Position numbers and translations under genes: made by a program. The notes below the pieces were generated by a model, which was not told the DNA's origin, did no database searches, and was given only the letters and a program-made list of their open reading frames with translations. From Escherichia phage UE-S1, in sequence record ON568341.1: a DNA stretch of 64,000 nucleotides; one strand, given 5' to 3'. Positions 28,799-43,859 of this stretch are shown here, one piece after another (position 1 is the stretch's first letter; each line of letters begins with the position of its first letter).

Positions 28799-29199
28799 AT
28801 AAAGAAGTTCAAATTATCATAACTCCACCTATACAAAGTCTGGATGTATCCATTAGTGATTTTTTGGAAAAATACTATGAATGGTTTAATGAAGATTCAG
28901 TAATTTATAACCATTCATTACCTGATGGTTTCGTTGAGCTTATTGAATTAAATGCCAAATCACTATACTTCTGTGTTGAATACAATGATTATATGACAGA
29001 TGAAGCATATCGTTTTCGTTGTACATTGTATCCTAACCATTTTTCCATTGGTTATAAAGACTATCAGTACTGCACCACTAACTACAGTGTAGAGGAAGAA
29101 TTTCAGTACAATTTACTTTATCCAGATTTAGATTATACTATTGCAGTACTGTTATCTAAAATTATGGATTTTTATAAAGGTAAATACAGTGCAGCCTAA
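28795..29199 (+). CDS. FQxS-motif paralog family member, divergent (134 aa)
   Basis: SVEEEFQYNLLYPDLDYT. Confidence 0.5.
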   Translation: MNKEVQIIITPPIQSLDVSISDFLEKYYEWFNEDSVIYNHSLPDGFVELIELNAKSLYFCVEYNDYMTDEAYRFRCTLYPNHFSIGYKDYQYCTTNYSVEEEFQYNLLYPDLDYTIAVLLSKIMDFYKGKYSAA

Positions 29200-29370
29200 A
29201 ACATTTGACGAGTGGTATCAAATGCATTACAATATAAATGCAGGTGATGTATACTTCTTTAAGTTGGAGTTGTTTTTATTGTTAAATGATCCCGAATCGT
29301 ACTATAACAATATCATTCACTGTGATGATTTTAGTACATATTTTAGTATAGCCGTTATGGATATTAAGAG

Positions 29371-29374
<4 letters not shown>
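29141..29374 (+). CDS. hypothetical protein (77 aa)
   Basis: Track ORF. Confidence 0.4.
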
Positions 29375-29890
<516 letters not shown>

Positions 29891-29891
29891 A

Positions 29892-30071
29892 ATGACACAC
29901 AAAGAATGGATGTCCAAACAACATAAAGAACATGATTTCTTTGGGAATGGTATTCGTCAGGTACACTATGACATCTTAAGAGATGAAAATCTTTTCAGGT
30001 CATATGTTTTGGATACCAGAAAACCCTGGTTTATATGCGAACTGGCATTTAGAAAAACAATCAAACAATGA
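29892..30071 (+). CDS. MTHxEW mini-protein family member (59 aa)
   Basis: Own translation: MTHKEWMSKQHKEHDFFGNGIRQVHYDILRDENLFRSYVLDTRKPWFICELAFRKTIKQ. Confidence 0.5.
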   Translation: MTHKEWMSKQHKEHDFFGNGIRQVHYDILRDENLFRSYVLDTRKPWFICELAFRKTIKQ

Positions 30072-30165
30072 ATATAGAAAATTGCGTTAGTGTATCTAAA
30101 GCACTTGCATAAATGATTAATTCATTATATAATGATTATCATTGGTTCTAAATGAGGATAATATT

Positions 30166-30438
30166 ATGCATTTTGAAAAATTCAACACAAGTCGTGACAC
30201 ACGCATTGATGTTCTTTATGAAACACAAGACTCAATTAGTATTCGTACACGTAGTGGTGATGTATATCATGACTGCACTATTGGTTGGAAACAGGGAAGA
30301 ACACGTAGTGCAGAATTCGATAATTATCGCTTCTTCCAAGATGACACCACAATCTGGCCTGAAGATGTAGAAGATATTGCAATCGAAGATGAACATAAAG
30401 ATGAATTTATCAAATTTAATCCCCAAACCGAATCATAA
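30166..30438 (+). CDS. hypothetical protein (~90 aa)
   Basis: ATG 30166 after GAGGA RBS. Confidence 0.45.
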   Translation: MHFEKFNTSRDTRIDVLYETQDSISIRTRSGDVYHDCTIGWKQGRTRSAEFDNYRFFQDDTTIWPEDVEDIAIEDEHKDEFIKFNPQTES

Positions 30439-30452
30439 ATAATGGGACAGCA

Positions 30453-30571
<119 letters not shown>

Positions 30572-30575
30572 AATA

Positions 30576-30652
30576 CGGGGTATAGCACAATTGGATAGTG
30601 CAAGAGAATTCTAATCTCTAGGTTGGGGGTTCAAGTCCCTCTACCTCGGCCA
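30576..30652 (+). tRNA. tRNA-Arg (anticodon TCT)
   Basis: Acceptor CGGGGTA/TACCTCG, D-arm GCAC...GTGC, anticodon arm AGAGA-ATTCTAA-TCTCT, T-loop TTCAAGT, CCA. Confidence 0.75.
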
Positions 30653-30675
30653 ATTTTAATTAAAGGTTAAAAACC

Positions 30676-31431
<756 letters not shown>

Positions 31432-31479
31432 ATTCAGTACCAAGGAGATTAATATGTTTAAAGATGAACGTCCAGATTT

Positions 31480-31520
<41 letters not shown>

Positions 31521-31870
31521 GAATTCCACAATCAGACGTATATGGTGTAAGCTACGTCGATGCTATCCAGAACAAGATCTCTGGTACTCTAGGAAGTGGT
31601 GAATGTTAACCTAGACGGGTTTGATAATTGGACGATAGGCAATTATTACTTGACTAGCAGGTTGAAACTAGAGGTGACAGTCCTTCACCAAACTGGAAAA
31701 CCGGATGGACTTTTATTTAAAAGGGTAAGGCGTGGAAATATGTTTACAGTAGTTACTTTTAGTAGCCTGTACGCCCCACGTTAAGGTAGTCGAAAGGCAA
31801 GTTAAAACGGGTAGTTATAAAGCTGAATTAACAGCGGCGTTTAACAGCGTCACAAAATATACGCATGTTG
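31521..31870 (+). ncRNA. candidate stable/structured RNA (unclassified)
   Basis: About 350 bp downstream of a strong promoter, inside the tRNA island, relatively GC-rich, no convincing ORF. Confidence 0.3.
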
Positions 31871-32070
31871 AATGAGAGGACTAGCCATGATGTTTACTCA
31901 GGAACGATTAAACGAGATTGAGCAAGAACTCTTGAAGATTCAACATGAATTACAAGCCGTTGTTCGTCCTGTTAATTCAGATAATAACGTTTTATCAAAG
32001 TACGCACAGATCAAGCTGTTGGTCATGCACATAATACTCGTATATGGGTATAAGTACTTAAAGGTTATTT

Positions 32071-32143
32071 GGTCAGTTAGTTCAGTTGGTAGAACGCTTC
32101 ACTTCATAATGAAGAACTTACAGGTTCAAATCCAGAACTGACC
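32071..32143 (+). tRNA. non-canonical tRNA-like element (8-nt anticodon loop, weak T-stem)
   Basis: Perfect acceptor GGTCAGT/ACTGACC and D-arm GTTC-AGTTGGTA-GAAC; anticodon arm CTTCA-CTTCATAA-TGAAG; T-stem ACAGG/CCAGA mispaired. Confidence 0.4.
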
Positions 32144-32151
32144 ACAAAAAA

Positions 32152-33849
<1,698 letters not shown>

Positions 33850-34108
33850 AATATTCTCCTGAATTTGCTAAAAGTTATAATAATATTTAGTTACAATATT
33901 TATGAAATAGATTAAAAATTTGAAATGTGTTCAAAAATATTATAATAAATTTATAAAAAAAAATAAATGATTTTTTTTGAAACGGTTCAAAAAAATGTGG
34001 TATAATATATATGTTGTTCACGGAAAGATTAAGCGGGGATGCATGAGTTTGCTTAACGGAGATGATTGCAAATCCGATGTTAGTGGGTTAGAATCCCACA
34101 CTCACTGT

Positions 34109-34206
<98 letters not shown>

Positions 34207-34207
34207 C

Positions 34208-34257
<50 letters not shown>

Positions 34258-34330
34258 CTTTTTAATTTAAAAGTACTTTACTGTAGTGTTTAGTACCGTA
34301 TAATGTAAACAAAAGGATAAAATAAAACTC

Positions 34331-34855
<525 letters not shown>

Positions 34856-34878
34856 TTAAAAAAATCAGTACTTTATTA

Positions 34879-35263
<385 letters not shown>

Positions 35264-35280
35264 TTCACATGATATAGGGA

Positions 35281-35542
<262 letters not shown>

Positions 35543-35550
35543 GAATTTAA

Positions 35551-35952
35551 ATGAAAAAGAATGACTTGATCAAAATGCTTCAAGAAATTGACGGCAATCC
35601 AGAGATTGTTATTTGGAATGGATACGTCGATGATTATATGAACATCGAAAAAGGCTTGACTAAAATCACTCTAGTCAAAGAAACCGAACAGTTTCTTCAG
35701 AGTGCATTAGAGCACGAATGGTGTGAACGTAACAATACATTCGACATTCCAGAAGACCAACGAACCAAGATTGCAGAACGTGCTAAAGAACTGCATAAGA
35801 AACGCGAATACGATTTCCAGAACCCATATGTCACTGAAGACGAATTCAATCGCTGGTACGGTAAAAAGAAATTGACAAAGTATGTCCTTTCACCTAAACT
35901 ACGTGGTAAGACTTCACTTGGTGTATTCAACGCCGCAGACTTAAACTACTAG
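35551..35952 (+). CDS. hypothetical protein (133 aa); paralog of 35965
   Basis: N-terminus MKKNDLIKMLQEIDGNPEIVIWNGYVDDY. Confidence 0.5.
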   Translation: MKKNDLIKMLQEIDGNPEIVIWNGYVDDYMNIEKGLTKITLVKETEQFLQSALEHEWCERNNTFDIPEDQRTKIAERAKELHKKREYDFQNPYVTEDEFNRWYGKKKLTKYVLSPKLRGKTSLGVFNAADLNY

Positions 35953-35961
35953 CGGGTATTA

Positions 35962-36229
<268 letters not shown>

Positions 36230-36273
36230 GATTCCCGATTCAGTAGTTTTAAAGCTGACCCGTATGTGCCTAT

Positions 36274-36373
<100 letters not shown>

Positions 36374-36374
36374 T

Positions 36375-36508
<134 letters not shown>

Positions 36509-36510
36509 TA

Positions 36511-36592
<82 letters not shown>

Positions 36593-36593
36593 G

Positions 36594-36626
<33 letters not shown>

Positions 36627-36631
36627 GTGCT

Positions 36632-36753
<122 letters not shown>

Positions 36754-36774
36754 TATCTTACTTTTAAACAAACT

Positions 36775-36848
36775 GCCTCAATAGCAAAATTGGTAATGCA
36801 CACGATTTGTAATCGTGAGATTTTTCCGTTCGAGTCGGAATTGGGGCA
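36775..36848 (+). tRNA. tRNA-Thr (anticodon TGT)
   Basis: Acceptor GCCTCAA/TTGGGGC, anticodon arm CACGA-TTTGTAA-TCGTG, T-arm TTCCG-TTCGAGT-CGGAA. Confidence 0.75.
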
Positions 36849-36864
36849 CAAATAAAGGCACATT

Positions 36865-37290
36865 ATGAAATACAACATCGTTGAAATGGTGAACTATGTA
36901 TTAAAAAACAACGCATGGTCACTGCATGATGTACAATTAGAAGATATTGGTGAAGTTAGAGTATTTTGCTATGATCCAGAGTTGAATCAAACCACAGATT
37001 TGAGTAAATGTTTTAATATTTTTCTTGGTTATGAATTCAATAATCATTTTTATTCATTTGATGTGTATTTTGAAAAAGTTATATTCAGAAGTTATGAATG
37101 TGATAATGAAGATTATGATTATGATGACGAATCAATTGAATTGAATGTTAACGACATTGATACTGAAGAAAAATTCTTCCAGTACTGCCTCGTTAACAAC
37201 ACATTAGGATTGTCATTTAAGGACATTGAATCTATACTTAAAGTTCAAAAGTTGATTCCAGAAGAGGTACTAAATCCATTAAATGACTAG
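36865..37290 (+). CDS. FQxS-motif paralog family member (141 aa)
   Basis: DTEEKFFQYCLVNNTLGLSFKDIESIL. Confidence 0.6.
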   Translation: MKYNIVEMVNYVLKNNAWSLHDVQLEDIGEVRVFCYDPELNQTTDLSKCFNIFLGYEFNNHFYSFDVYFEKVIFRSYECDNEDYDYDDESIELNVNDIDTEEKFFQYCLVNNTLGLSFKDIESILKVQKLIPEEVLNPLND

Positions 37291-37648
37291 TCTAATAGTA
37301 CGTATAATGCAAGATGTTTGTAATAACCTTTATACAGGTAATTTTGACGATCCGAACATAAAAATATTATGTTATGATGGTTTTACAATGGTACATCCAG
37401 CCTATTCAAATAATATCTACGTAGCATATACAGGTGAAAATCTATTGTATCAATTTGATATATATAGTACAATGACAAAGATAATTTTGGATGCATCTAA
37501 ACCAGCAATTATTATTGCTTCTCATGATTATCATTACACTGAAGAATCACTATTTCAGTACTCAATGATTAATGACATTGGTGGGTTGACATTGGATGAG
37601 GTTAATGCTATACTAGCTGTCTCACGTTTGGTTAAAACTCACAATTAG
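37283..37648 (+). CDS. FQxS-motif paralog family member (121 aa)
   Basis: TEESLFQYSMINDIGGLTLDEVNAIL. Confidence 0.6.
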   Translation: MTSLIVRIMQDVCNNLYTGNFDDPNIKILCYDGFTMVHPAYSNNIYVAYTGENLLYQFDIYSTMTKIILDASKPAIIIASHDYHYTEESLFQYSMINDIGGLTLDEVNAILAVSRLVKTHN

Positions 37649-37657
37649 GAGATTCAT

Positions 37658-37849
37658 ATGTTCTGGAATTTATTATGCTTGTTTGGTCGCACATTAGTTC
37701 TTGCAATTATTCATACACCTGGCATTCGTAATTATGTTTCTTATGAATTTAAGAAAGATTATCACAACGGTACTGAAGCACGTGCTACTAAAATGTGCAA
37801 AGACTTCAATGTATCAGTACCACCATTTAAGAAATACGAGGATGAATAA
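37658..37849 (+). CDS. hypothetical small protein (63 aa)
   Basis: GGAG RBS. Confidence 0.4.
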   Translation: MFWNLLCLFGRTLVLAIIHTPGIRNYVSYEFKKDYHNGTEARATKMCKDFNVSVPPFKKYEDE

Positions 37850-38133
37850 TGGAATTCATTGTTGCCCCTGATGATATTAAAACATTTACGTTCAGAGATA
37901 ATAATAATTATCCTTATACAAATCATTCATTGAATTCATTACATGTTATTTCAATCATTGCATCTGAATACAGAGAAAATCCCTGTATTGATTTTAAAAC
38001 CACTGATGGTGAATATACATGGGTAATCCCAAAAGATAAATATAGTTATCAAGGGGCAGTAGAAATTCGCGACTTGATTCTAAAACAAATCGAAGATGGA
38101 AATACTCATCCTAAACTAAACACTCAGTACTGA
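37849..38133 (+). CDS. hypothetical protein (94 aa)
   Basis: Track ORF. Confidence 0.45.
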   Translation: MEFIVAPDDIKTFTFRDNNNYPYTNHSLNSLHVISIIASEYRENPCIDFKTTDGEYTWVIPKDKYSYQGAVEIRDLILKQIEDGNTHPKLNTQY

Positions 38134-38156
38134 AAATGTTCCCTCTGATAGCTTTT

Positions 38157-38170
38157 AATCAGTACTGATT
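38157..38170. repeat. 14-bp perfect palindrome AATCAGTACTGATT
   Basis: Intergenic, CAGTACTG core. Confidence 0.65.
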
Positions 38171-38319
38171 TTCTCCTTATGTGTAGAAGCTATCACCATT
38201 ACAATGATATTATTATCAATTCATTATATTCTTTACCCTCCTAACAGTATCTAGATAAATTTATATTAGATACTGTGATTTTAGAAGTTGCATTTTAACT
38301 TCTTTCCTGTTATACTTAA

Positions 38320-38350
38320 GGCTGATTCATGTTCGAATCGGCCTTTTTTC
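38320..38350 (+). terminator. rho-independent terminator
   Basis: GGCTGATTC-atgttc-GAATCGGCC followed by TTTTTT. Confidence 0.65.
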
Positions 38351-38367
38351 TTATATAGGTGAATACA

Positions 38368-38784
38368 ATGAATGATTTGTTTACTTTGATCGATAAGTAT
38401 GTTGACATTGTATACCATCAAGTTGGTAGTGATACGTTTGAAACAAAAAACCCAATTAGAGATGGCAATTTTGATGTTGTCGTTGGTTCATTTTTGAATG
38501 GATACACCGAGACATTATACAATAGTAATAATATTTTTATTTCAGTTCAATCCAGACATACATCAGACTATTCTGTTAGCATTGATATTTGGGAAAATAA
38601 TATAGAAATAGATATAACGGAATCTACTAATATTTGTGTTGATGATTCATTTAATCAATTAACTGAGGAAATGTACTTGCAGTTGAATTTTGTACATGAT
38701 CTTACAAATATCAGTTATAAAACATTAAGGAAAATATGTTTTCTTAGTGGGGTGATACGTAGTAATATGAATAAGGATGATTAG
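38368..38784 (+). CDS. FQxS-motif paralog family member, divergent (~138 aa)
   Basis: LTEEMYLQLNFVHDLTNISYKTL; ATG 38368 after AGGTGA. Confidence 0.55.
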   Translation: MNDLFTLIDKYVDIVYHQVGSDTFETKNPIRDGNFDVVVGSFLNGYTETLYNSNNIFISVQSRHTSDYSVSIDIWENNIEIDITESTNICVDDSFNQLTEEMYLQLNFVHDLTNISYKTLRKICFLSGVIRSNMNKDD

Positions 38785-39205
38785 AGAAATGATAAAAATT
38801 CCACCTGATTCACTAACACATCTTATTGAATGTGGTGTAAAATTTTGCGAAGGAGATATCTCATCTTATACATCAGTTGATGAACCTTATAAATTTTTAT
38901 ATCAATCTTATAAAAATAATTCTAAAGTTTCTTGTAGAGAGGCTGACAACATATTAATTGATGTTTCGTTACATAATGTACCTAAATTTTATATTGATAT
39001 CTTTGGTGATTCTTTAACAATTCGAACATATGATTATTTTATTAATAAAGATCTCTTGAATCTTTCAATCGATCATGATACTATAGATTCAGAACTTTTC
39101 TTTCAACTATCAACGGTTTCTGATTTACAGGGTTTAACTGTTGAACAGTTGAATGGTCTGTTTGAGATTTCAAGAAACATACGAAGTAGGAACACAAATG
39201 TCTAA
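38777..39205 (+). CDS. FQxS-motif paralog family member (142 aa)
   Basis: DSELFFQLSTVSDLQGLTVEQLNGL. Confidence 0.6.
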   Translation: MIREMIKIPPDSLTHLIECGVKFCEGDISSYTSVDEPYKFLYQSYKNNSKVSCREADNILIDVSLHNVPKFYIDIFGDSLTIRTYDYFINKDLLNLSIDHDTIDSELFFQLSTVSDLQGLTVEQLNGLFEISRNIRSRNTNV

Positions 39206-39614
39206 TATTTTAAATGAAAAAACAGTTGATGTTGTCATTGATGTACTTGAGAACAGTAATACATTTGAGAAAAAATACAGAACAGTATACTTTGGTGAAT
39301 ATTGTTGGCTAAATTATACTTCAGAAAATTTATTTATAATTCGTGTTGAAACGGATGATATTGGATTAACTATACATAATGCACTTAATAAAAGTGGTAA
39401 GAAAATAACTATTATTTTGGATAAATCAAGTACATCTTCTTTCTGTGATAGAATTGATGATTGTGAACACTTCACGTCAACATTTTATGATACCGAAGAA
39501 GAACATTTTATGGCTAGTACTGTTAAAGAATTACCTATTCCATTCAAATTGATGAAAGCGACAAGGGATTTTATCTTAAAATATAAAAAATCAGGAGTTT
39601 ATAATGACATTTAA
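39198..39614 (+). CDS. FQxS-motif paralog family member, divergent (~138 aa)
   Basis: TEEEHFMASTVKELPIP; ATG 39198. Confidence 0.55.
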   Translation: MSNILNEKTVDVVIDVLENSNTFEKKYRTVYFGEYCWLNYTSENLFIIRVETDDIGLTIHNALNKSGKKITIILDKSSTSSFCDRIDDCEHFTSTFYDTEEEHFMASTVKELPIPFKLMKATRDFILKYKKSGVYNDI

Positions 39615-40053
39615 TGGTAATGTTTCTAAAGTTGGTTTAGTTTTTGAAAATTGTGAATTTGTTGAGATTGATGTAGAGAATGTTTTATGGATGCATATTG
39701 CTGATGAAAAGACACTTTGTAGTCGTTTTTCAAATGGACTGACAATTAATACTGGTATCGGTGAGTTTGGTATTGCATTACGTAGCAATACACCATCTGA
39801 TTTCATGGACAACTCTACATTATTGGAACGTTTGAAAATGCGTGACGTGACACACGTTTATCTTTATGATACTAACGGTGTTATTCAACGTTATGTAGTT
39901 GAATGGGCTGATTACAACCTTAATGGTCAATATTCCATCAACCAGCGTGTTCAACTGACACCTGGTGGTAATATTGTGTTTGTTAGTTCAACTGGTAAAT
40001 TAATCAGTGTAGATGATAAAAATATTGATCTGTTCACTTCATACAATCAATAA
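39604..40053 (+). CDS. hypothetical protein (149 aa)
   Basis: Track ORF. Confidence 0.5.
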   Translation: MTFNGNVSKVGLVFENCEFVEIDVENVLWMHIADEKTLCSRFSNGLTINTGIGEFGIALRSNTPSDFMDNSTLLERLKMRDVTHVYLYDTNGVIQRYVVEWADYNLNGQYSINQRVQLTPGGNIVFVSSTGKLISVDDKNIDLFTSYNQ

Positions 40054-40086
40054 GATGTTATTCTTCATTTAGGTTGAGGGTAAAAG

Positions 40087-40449
40087 ATGAGCTTTATAAC
40101 ATTTACGATTATTTGTTGCATCACTATTGTACTTTGTCGTCTAATTCATGCATACTCATATCACAAAGCGTTACGAATTGAGCAAGAGACTTATATTGAA
40201 AACCAACCAAAGAAAAAACCACCATCACCTTATGGATTAAAGCGTGAGATGCACTCTCAAAGTAAAGAGTGGGGGTATGCAATCACAAAACATGGTTACA
40301 TTTATACAGCAAGTAATGGTTATTTTCAAATTCATCACAAGTTAGATGTAGCTGTTAAGATTTTGTGGGAGATGGAGGATATTGGTGGTTATGAGCGTAC
40401 TAAGTTTGAATTCATATCAAATGATACAGGAACTTCACCAGAATCATGA
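40087..40449 (+). CDS. membrane-anchored protein (120 aa)
   Basis: N-terminal hydrophobic helix; GAGGG RBS. Confidence 0.5.
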   Translation: MSFITFTIICCITIVLCRLIHAYSYHKALRIEQETYIENQPKKKPPSPYGLKREMHSQSKEWGYAITKHGYIYTASNGYFQIHHKLDVAVKILWEMEDIGGYERTKFEFISNDTGTSPES

Positions 40450-40594
40450 TATAATTATTGATATTAATAAGAAGGAAGTTGTGATGAAAAAGGAAGTATA
40501 CCGTATGTTAGAAGACTTCCATTTAAAAGCATTTATAATGAAGTTCTGTACAGATGAACATCTTACGGGACGAGTAATACGTAAGGAGTTGTAA

Positions 40595-40936
40595 ATGAAC
40601 TTAAGTTCAACAATTCAGTTCTTGAGCAATAATTTCGAGAAAATTATTTCTCGCGGTGGAATGATTGTACATCCAGACACAGATGAAATGTACATCATTG
40701 GATTTGATAAAAATTCTTATGATCAAGTACTTGTAATTTCAAAGTTAGAACGTTATAATGAAGTGGTTCAGTTTTGTTGTACCGAATTTGGTATATACAT
40801 CAAAGACGCTGAAACAAATACCATTTCACATTATTTTTACCATACGCTGATGGGTACTAAAGACTTTGGATTGAAGTTTGATGATTTAGTGCAATGTCAT
40901 TATATGTTTAAAACCTTTCCTGCTAGTGGATACTAA
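40595..40936 (+). CDS. hypothetical protein (113 aa)
   Basis: Track ORF. Confidence 0.5.
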   Translation: MNLSSTIQFLSNNFEKIISRGGMIVHPDTDEMYIIGFDKNSYDQVLVISKLERYNEVVQFCCTEFGIYIKDAETNTISHYFYHTLMGTKDFGLKFDDLVQCHYMFKTFPASGY

Positions 40937-40949
40937 GGAGTATTTCAAT

Positions 40950-41735
40950 ATGAACAACATTTTCTTCAAAACTATTTCTTTCAAAAAATCATCTTATTCT
41001 TACGCATATGTTGATGGTAAAGTACTCAATATTGTTCTTGATGGGGTTGATGTACCAGTCCAATTCAATTCACATGAAGAAGCAATTGATGGAGCAAAAG
41101 AATTGAATTCCATTCTTAATGGGGAAGTAAGTCTAAAACAAAATGTAAAATCTGATTTAGATGTACTTTTGGAAAAAATTAAAAGTGGGGAAGTTCTAGA
41201 AATTTTGGAAAATTGCAATGAAAAGTTATCTAATGTAGTAAATAATGTCCGTGAACATATTCAAGAAAAAGCACTAGACCAAGCATTCAAACATGTATCA
41301 AAGAAAGCTGAATCACGCATCGATAGTATGGTTAAAAATATTGATGATGTTCTATCCCATCTCTTTACTAAAGAATATGAACACGAAACCGAAGAACCAA
41401 AAGAAGAAGTCAAAAAAGAAAAACGTAGTTTTGGTTCAGGTGATGATGTGTTTGGTTTCACTAATGTACGAACAAGTTCAGATGAACCAAAGGAAATCAG
41501 TGAAATGCTTATTGGTGATATGACAACTACACAACTTCGTAAAGAAATTGATAAGTTTGTAACCACTTCGGTTCAATCAGAACGTGCACAAAATATGTTT
41601 AAAAGTATTAGTGATAATTTTGGACCAGAAGCAACTGAACAAGCACTAACTGCATTTAAAGAATTGATTTATAATGTAGCTATTCGTAATCCAGAAAAAA
41701 CGCTTGAAGAAGTACTGCGTGATAATTTCAAATAA
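40950..41735 (+). CDS. hypothetical acidic protein (~261 aa)
   Basis: ATG 40950 after TAAGGAG. Confidence 0.55.
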   Translation: MNNIFFKTISFKKSSYSYAYVDGKVLNIVLDGVDVPVQFNSHEEAIDGAKELNSILNGEVSLKQNVKSDLDVLLEKIKSGEVLEILENCNEKLSNVVNNVREHIQEKALDQAFKHVSKKAESRIDSMVKNIDDVLSHLFTKEYEHETEEPKEEVKKEKRSFGSGDDVFGFTNVRTSSDEPKEISEMLIGDMTTTQLRKEIDKFVTTSVQSERAQNMFKSISDNFGPEATEQALTAFKELIYNVAIRNPEKTLEEVLRDNFK

Positions 41736-41746
41736 TTAGATAAAAT

Positions 41747-41775
41747 TAAAGCCACTACAATGTAGTGGCTTTTTT
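41747..41775. terminator. bidirectional rho-independent terminator between convergent genes
   Basis: GCCACTACA/TGTAGTGGC stem flanked by A-run and T-run; between + ORF ending 41735 and - ORF ending 41777. Confidence 0.65.
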
Positions 41776-41776
41776 A

Positions 41777-42931
41777 TTATTCGTTATAGCCAACAATAAC
41801 TACTGAGCAGTCAAGTGGTTCACCAACTTTTACAATTACGTTATCATCTTCATCAACTTGTAAATCACTATGAATTACCTGTTTATCAGAAGAATACAAT
41901 TGAACTTGTGGAAGTGCTTTACCATGTTCAGTTGCAGGAATGGATAGAGAATACATTGAGTCTTCATCATGTTTCCAATCACTTAACGCATATTCCTTGT
42001 GGAACGGTGTAGTATGTAGAGTTTTACCCATAATACGTAAAGATATAGGAGAATTATCAGTTTGTTGTACTGTAATATTACCTTTATCATCAACTGACAT
42101 ATCAACGCCTATTTGATGGGAATCCCCATTATATGTTTGGAGAACCAATTTATGTCCACGTTTATGAACATCATATGGTACTACAGCAGAGAATGCACCA
42201 TCAGGTGATGGTTGAAAATCTGACAAGTGAACAGGTGTAACAAAATCTACATCTTCACCATGTTCCTGAACATCAAACTCAACAACTTTAGTATTATAAT
42301 ATGGAGAAGTTAGGGTAGCAGTACCTTTTCCTTTTTGTGTAATTGCATCAACTTGGATTGTAAATGTATCACCAGCAAATTGAGTAGTAGTGTATTCTGT
42401 TCCTTCAGGTAAAACAATTTTGATTTCCATTGAATTGGTATCAATTTCGGAACCAGCATTGAATAACTTACCACTAATTGATTTGTCACCAACAAATACA
42501 GGTGAAATAATAATATTATCTATATCACGATCAATAATACTACATTCAGGTGTGTACATATTGTAAAGAGTTTTTGAACTTCCTAATATTGTTTTATGTA
42601 ATAGGAATTTATATACAAAGCCAGTATCAGCCTCTTGATGGTCATCCGAATGTCCACGAACAAAGAAACTATTTTTATTAATTTCACTTAATAGTTCGTC
42701 AGTTGATTTACTATAATTTAATAGATAACCTTTATTATCTTTTGTTGTTAATTGGACTTTACGATAGATTATATTAGTTCTAGGATCAACTAAATCATAT
42801 AATTTATGACTTCTCTGACGATAGATTCTAATATTTTTTAGTTTAGATCCGTCATTAAGAATCGCACCATCAACGATATAACCACATTCACCAAACTTAT
42901 ATCTTCCAGCCGCTGCAATTGATCTTGACAT
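41777..42931 (-). CDS. hypothetical protein (384 aa)
   Basis: ATG with GGAGGAATAA RBS on minus strand; convergent with upstream + gene. Confidence 0.65.
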   Translation of the reverse strand: MSRSIAAAGRYKFGECGYIVDGAILNDGSKLKNIRIYRQRSHKLYDLVDPRTNIIYRKVQLTTKDNKGYLLNYSKSTDELLSEINKNSFFVRGHSDDHQEADTGFVYKFLLHKTILGSSKTLYNMYTPECSIIDRDIDNIIISPVFVGDKSISGKLFNAGSEIDTNSMEIKIVLPEGTEYTTTQFAGDTFTIQVDAITQKGKGTATLTSPYYNTKVVEFDVQEHGEDVDFVTPVHLSDFQPSPDGAFSAVVPYDVHKRGHKLVLQTYNGDSHQIGVDMSVDDKGNITVQQTDNSPISLRIMGKTLHTTPFHKEYALSDWKHDEDSMYSLSIPATEHGKALPQVQLYSSDKQVIHSDLQVDEDDNVIVKVGEPLDCSVVIVGYNE

Positions 42932-42989
42932 TTATTCCTCCATTGATATAATTATTATAGCGTATTTATTAGGTATATCAAAAAAGTGC

Positions 42990-43019
42990 TTGACTGGTGC
43001 ATAACAAAGTGCTACTATA
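42990..43019 (+). promoter_or_regulatory. sigma70-like promoter (TTGACT-N18-TACTAT)
   Basis: In divergent intergenic region upstream of ORF 43048. Confidence 0.45.
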
Positions 43020-43047
43020 TAGTGAATGAATAAATGAGGCGTTTTTT

Positions 43048-43632
43048 ATGAATGTTATTGACGATAGATTAGTACTGAAAAATGGAAAAATGACAGTTAA
43101 GTTATACAAAGACGAAGCTGATTCATTTATGGCAAAAGCTATTGAGAAATCAGAGCGATATAAACTACTAGCACCTGCAAGTAGATCACCCTACGGTTTT
43201 AATCATGCACATAGTCATTTTGTTGGTATGGTGTGTGAACATGCATCTTTAGTACTTTTTAATGAAATAGAAAATAATACCGGTATTAAACTTAACATCG
43301 ATGCAGCATTTCAGAATGAAGCACGTGATGGTGAATGTGATATTAAAGTAAACAATCTTCGCATAGAAGTTAAAGGTATTAAGTATAAATCTTGGACGGA
43401 CTTTGGACCATGTGTTAGTACTCGACAACTAAAAAATATTCAGAAAAAAGCTGACGTGATTCTATGGGTGTTGTATAATGAGAAAAAACAAGAGTTCACA
43501 TTTGAAGGATTTAACTATGTAAAAGATATTAGTTCTATCCCTGTTATTCTTACTGGTGTTCCTGGGCGACCAATGATTGAAAATCACCCAGTGCTAAGTA
43601 TTATGAAACCACTACAGGAGTTACCATTATGA
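43048..43632 (+). CDS. hypothetical protein (194 aa)
   Basis: Track ORF. Confidence 0.55.
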   Translation: MNVIDDRLVLKNGKMTVKLYKDEADSFMAKAIEKSERYKLLAPASRSPYGFNHAHSHFVGMVCEHASLVLFNEIENNTGIKLNIDAAFQNEARDGECDIKVNNLRIEVKGIKYKSWTDFGPCVSTRQLKNIQKKADVILWVLYNEKKQEFTFEGFNYVKDISSIPVILTGVPGRPMIENHPVLSIMKPLQELPL

Positions 43633-43856
43633 TTACTGCAACTGTATATCAGGATATTAATGAAGAATTTAATTCTAAAATTGCTTTTTTGTCATTTCCA
43701 GTACTACCCGAAATTGGTTCATCTTTAAATTTAAAAATTTGTGGGTTTGAAAAATATTATGAAGTAATAGATATTGAGTACTGTGCTGATGTTTATTCAT
43801 GTAATAGTGAATTTGCCATTCCGGTATCAATCGATATTATCGTAAAAGAGGTTTAA
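43629..43856 (+). CDS. hypothetical protein (75 aa)
   Basis: Track ORF. Confidence 0.45.
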   Translation: MITATVYQDINEEFNSKIAFLSFPVLPEIGSSLNLKICGFEKYYEVIDIEYCADVYSCNSEFAIPVSIDIIVKEV

Positions 43857-43859
43857 AAT

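Noticed and set aside
31596-32141. Track ORFs 31596-31784 and 31872-32141 in the tRNA island
   Set aside because: No RBS; the second overlaps the tRNA-like element at 32071; region better explained as non-coding RNA.
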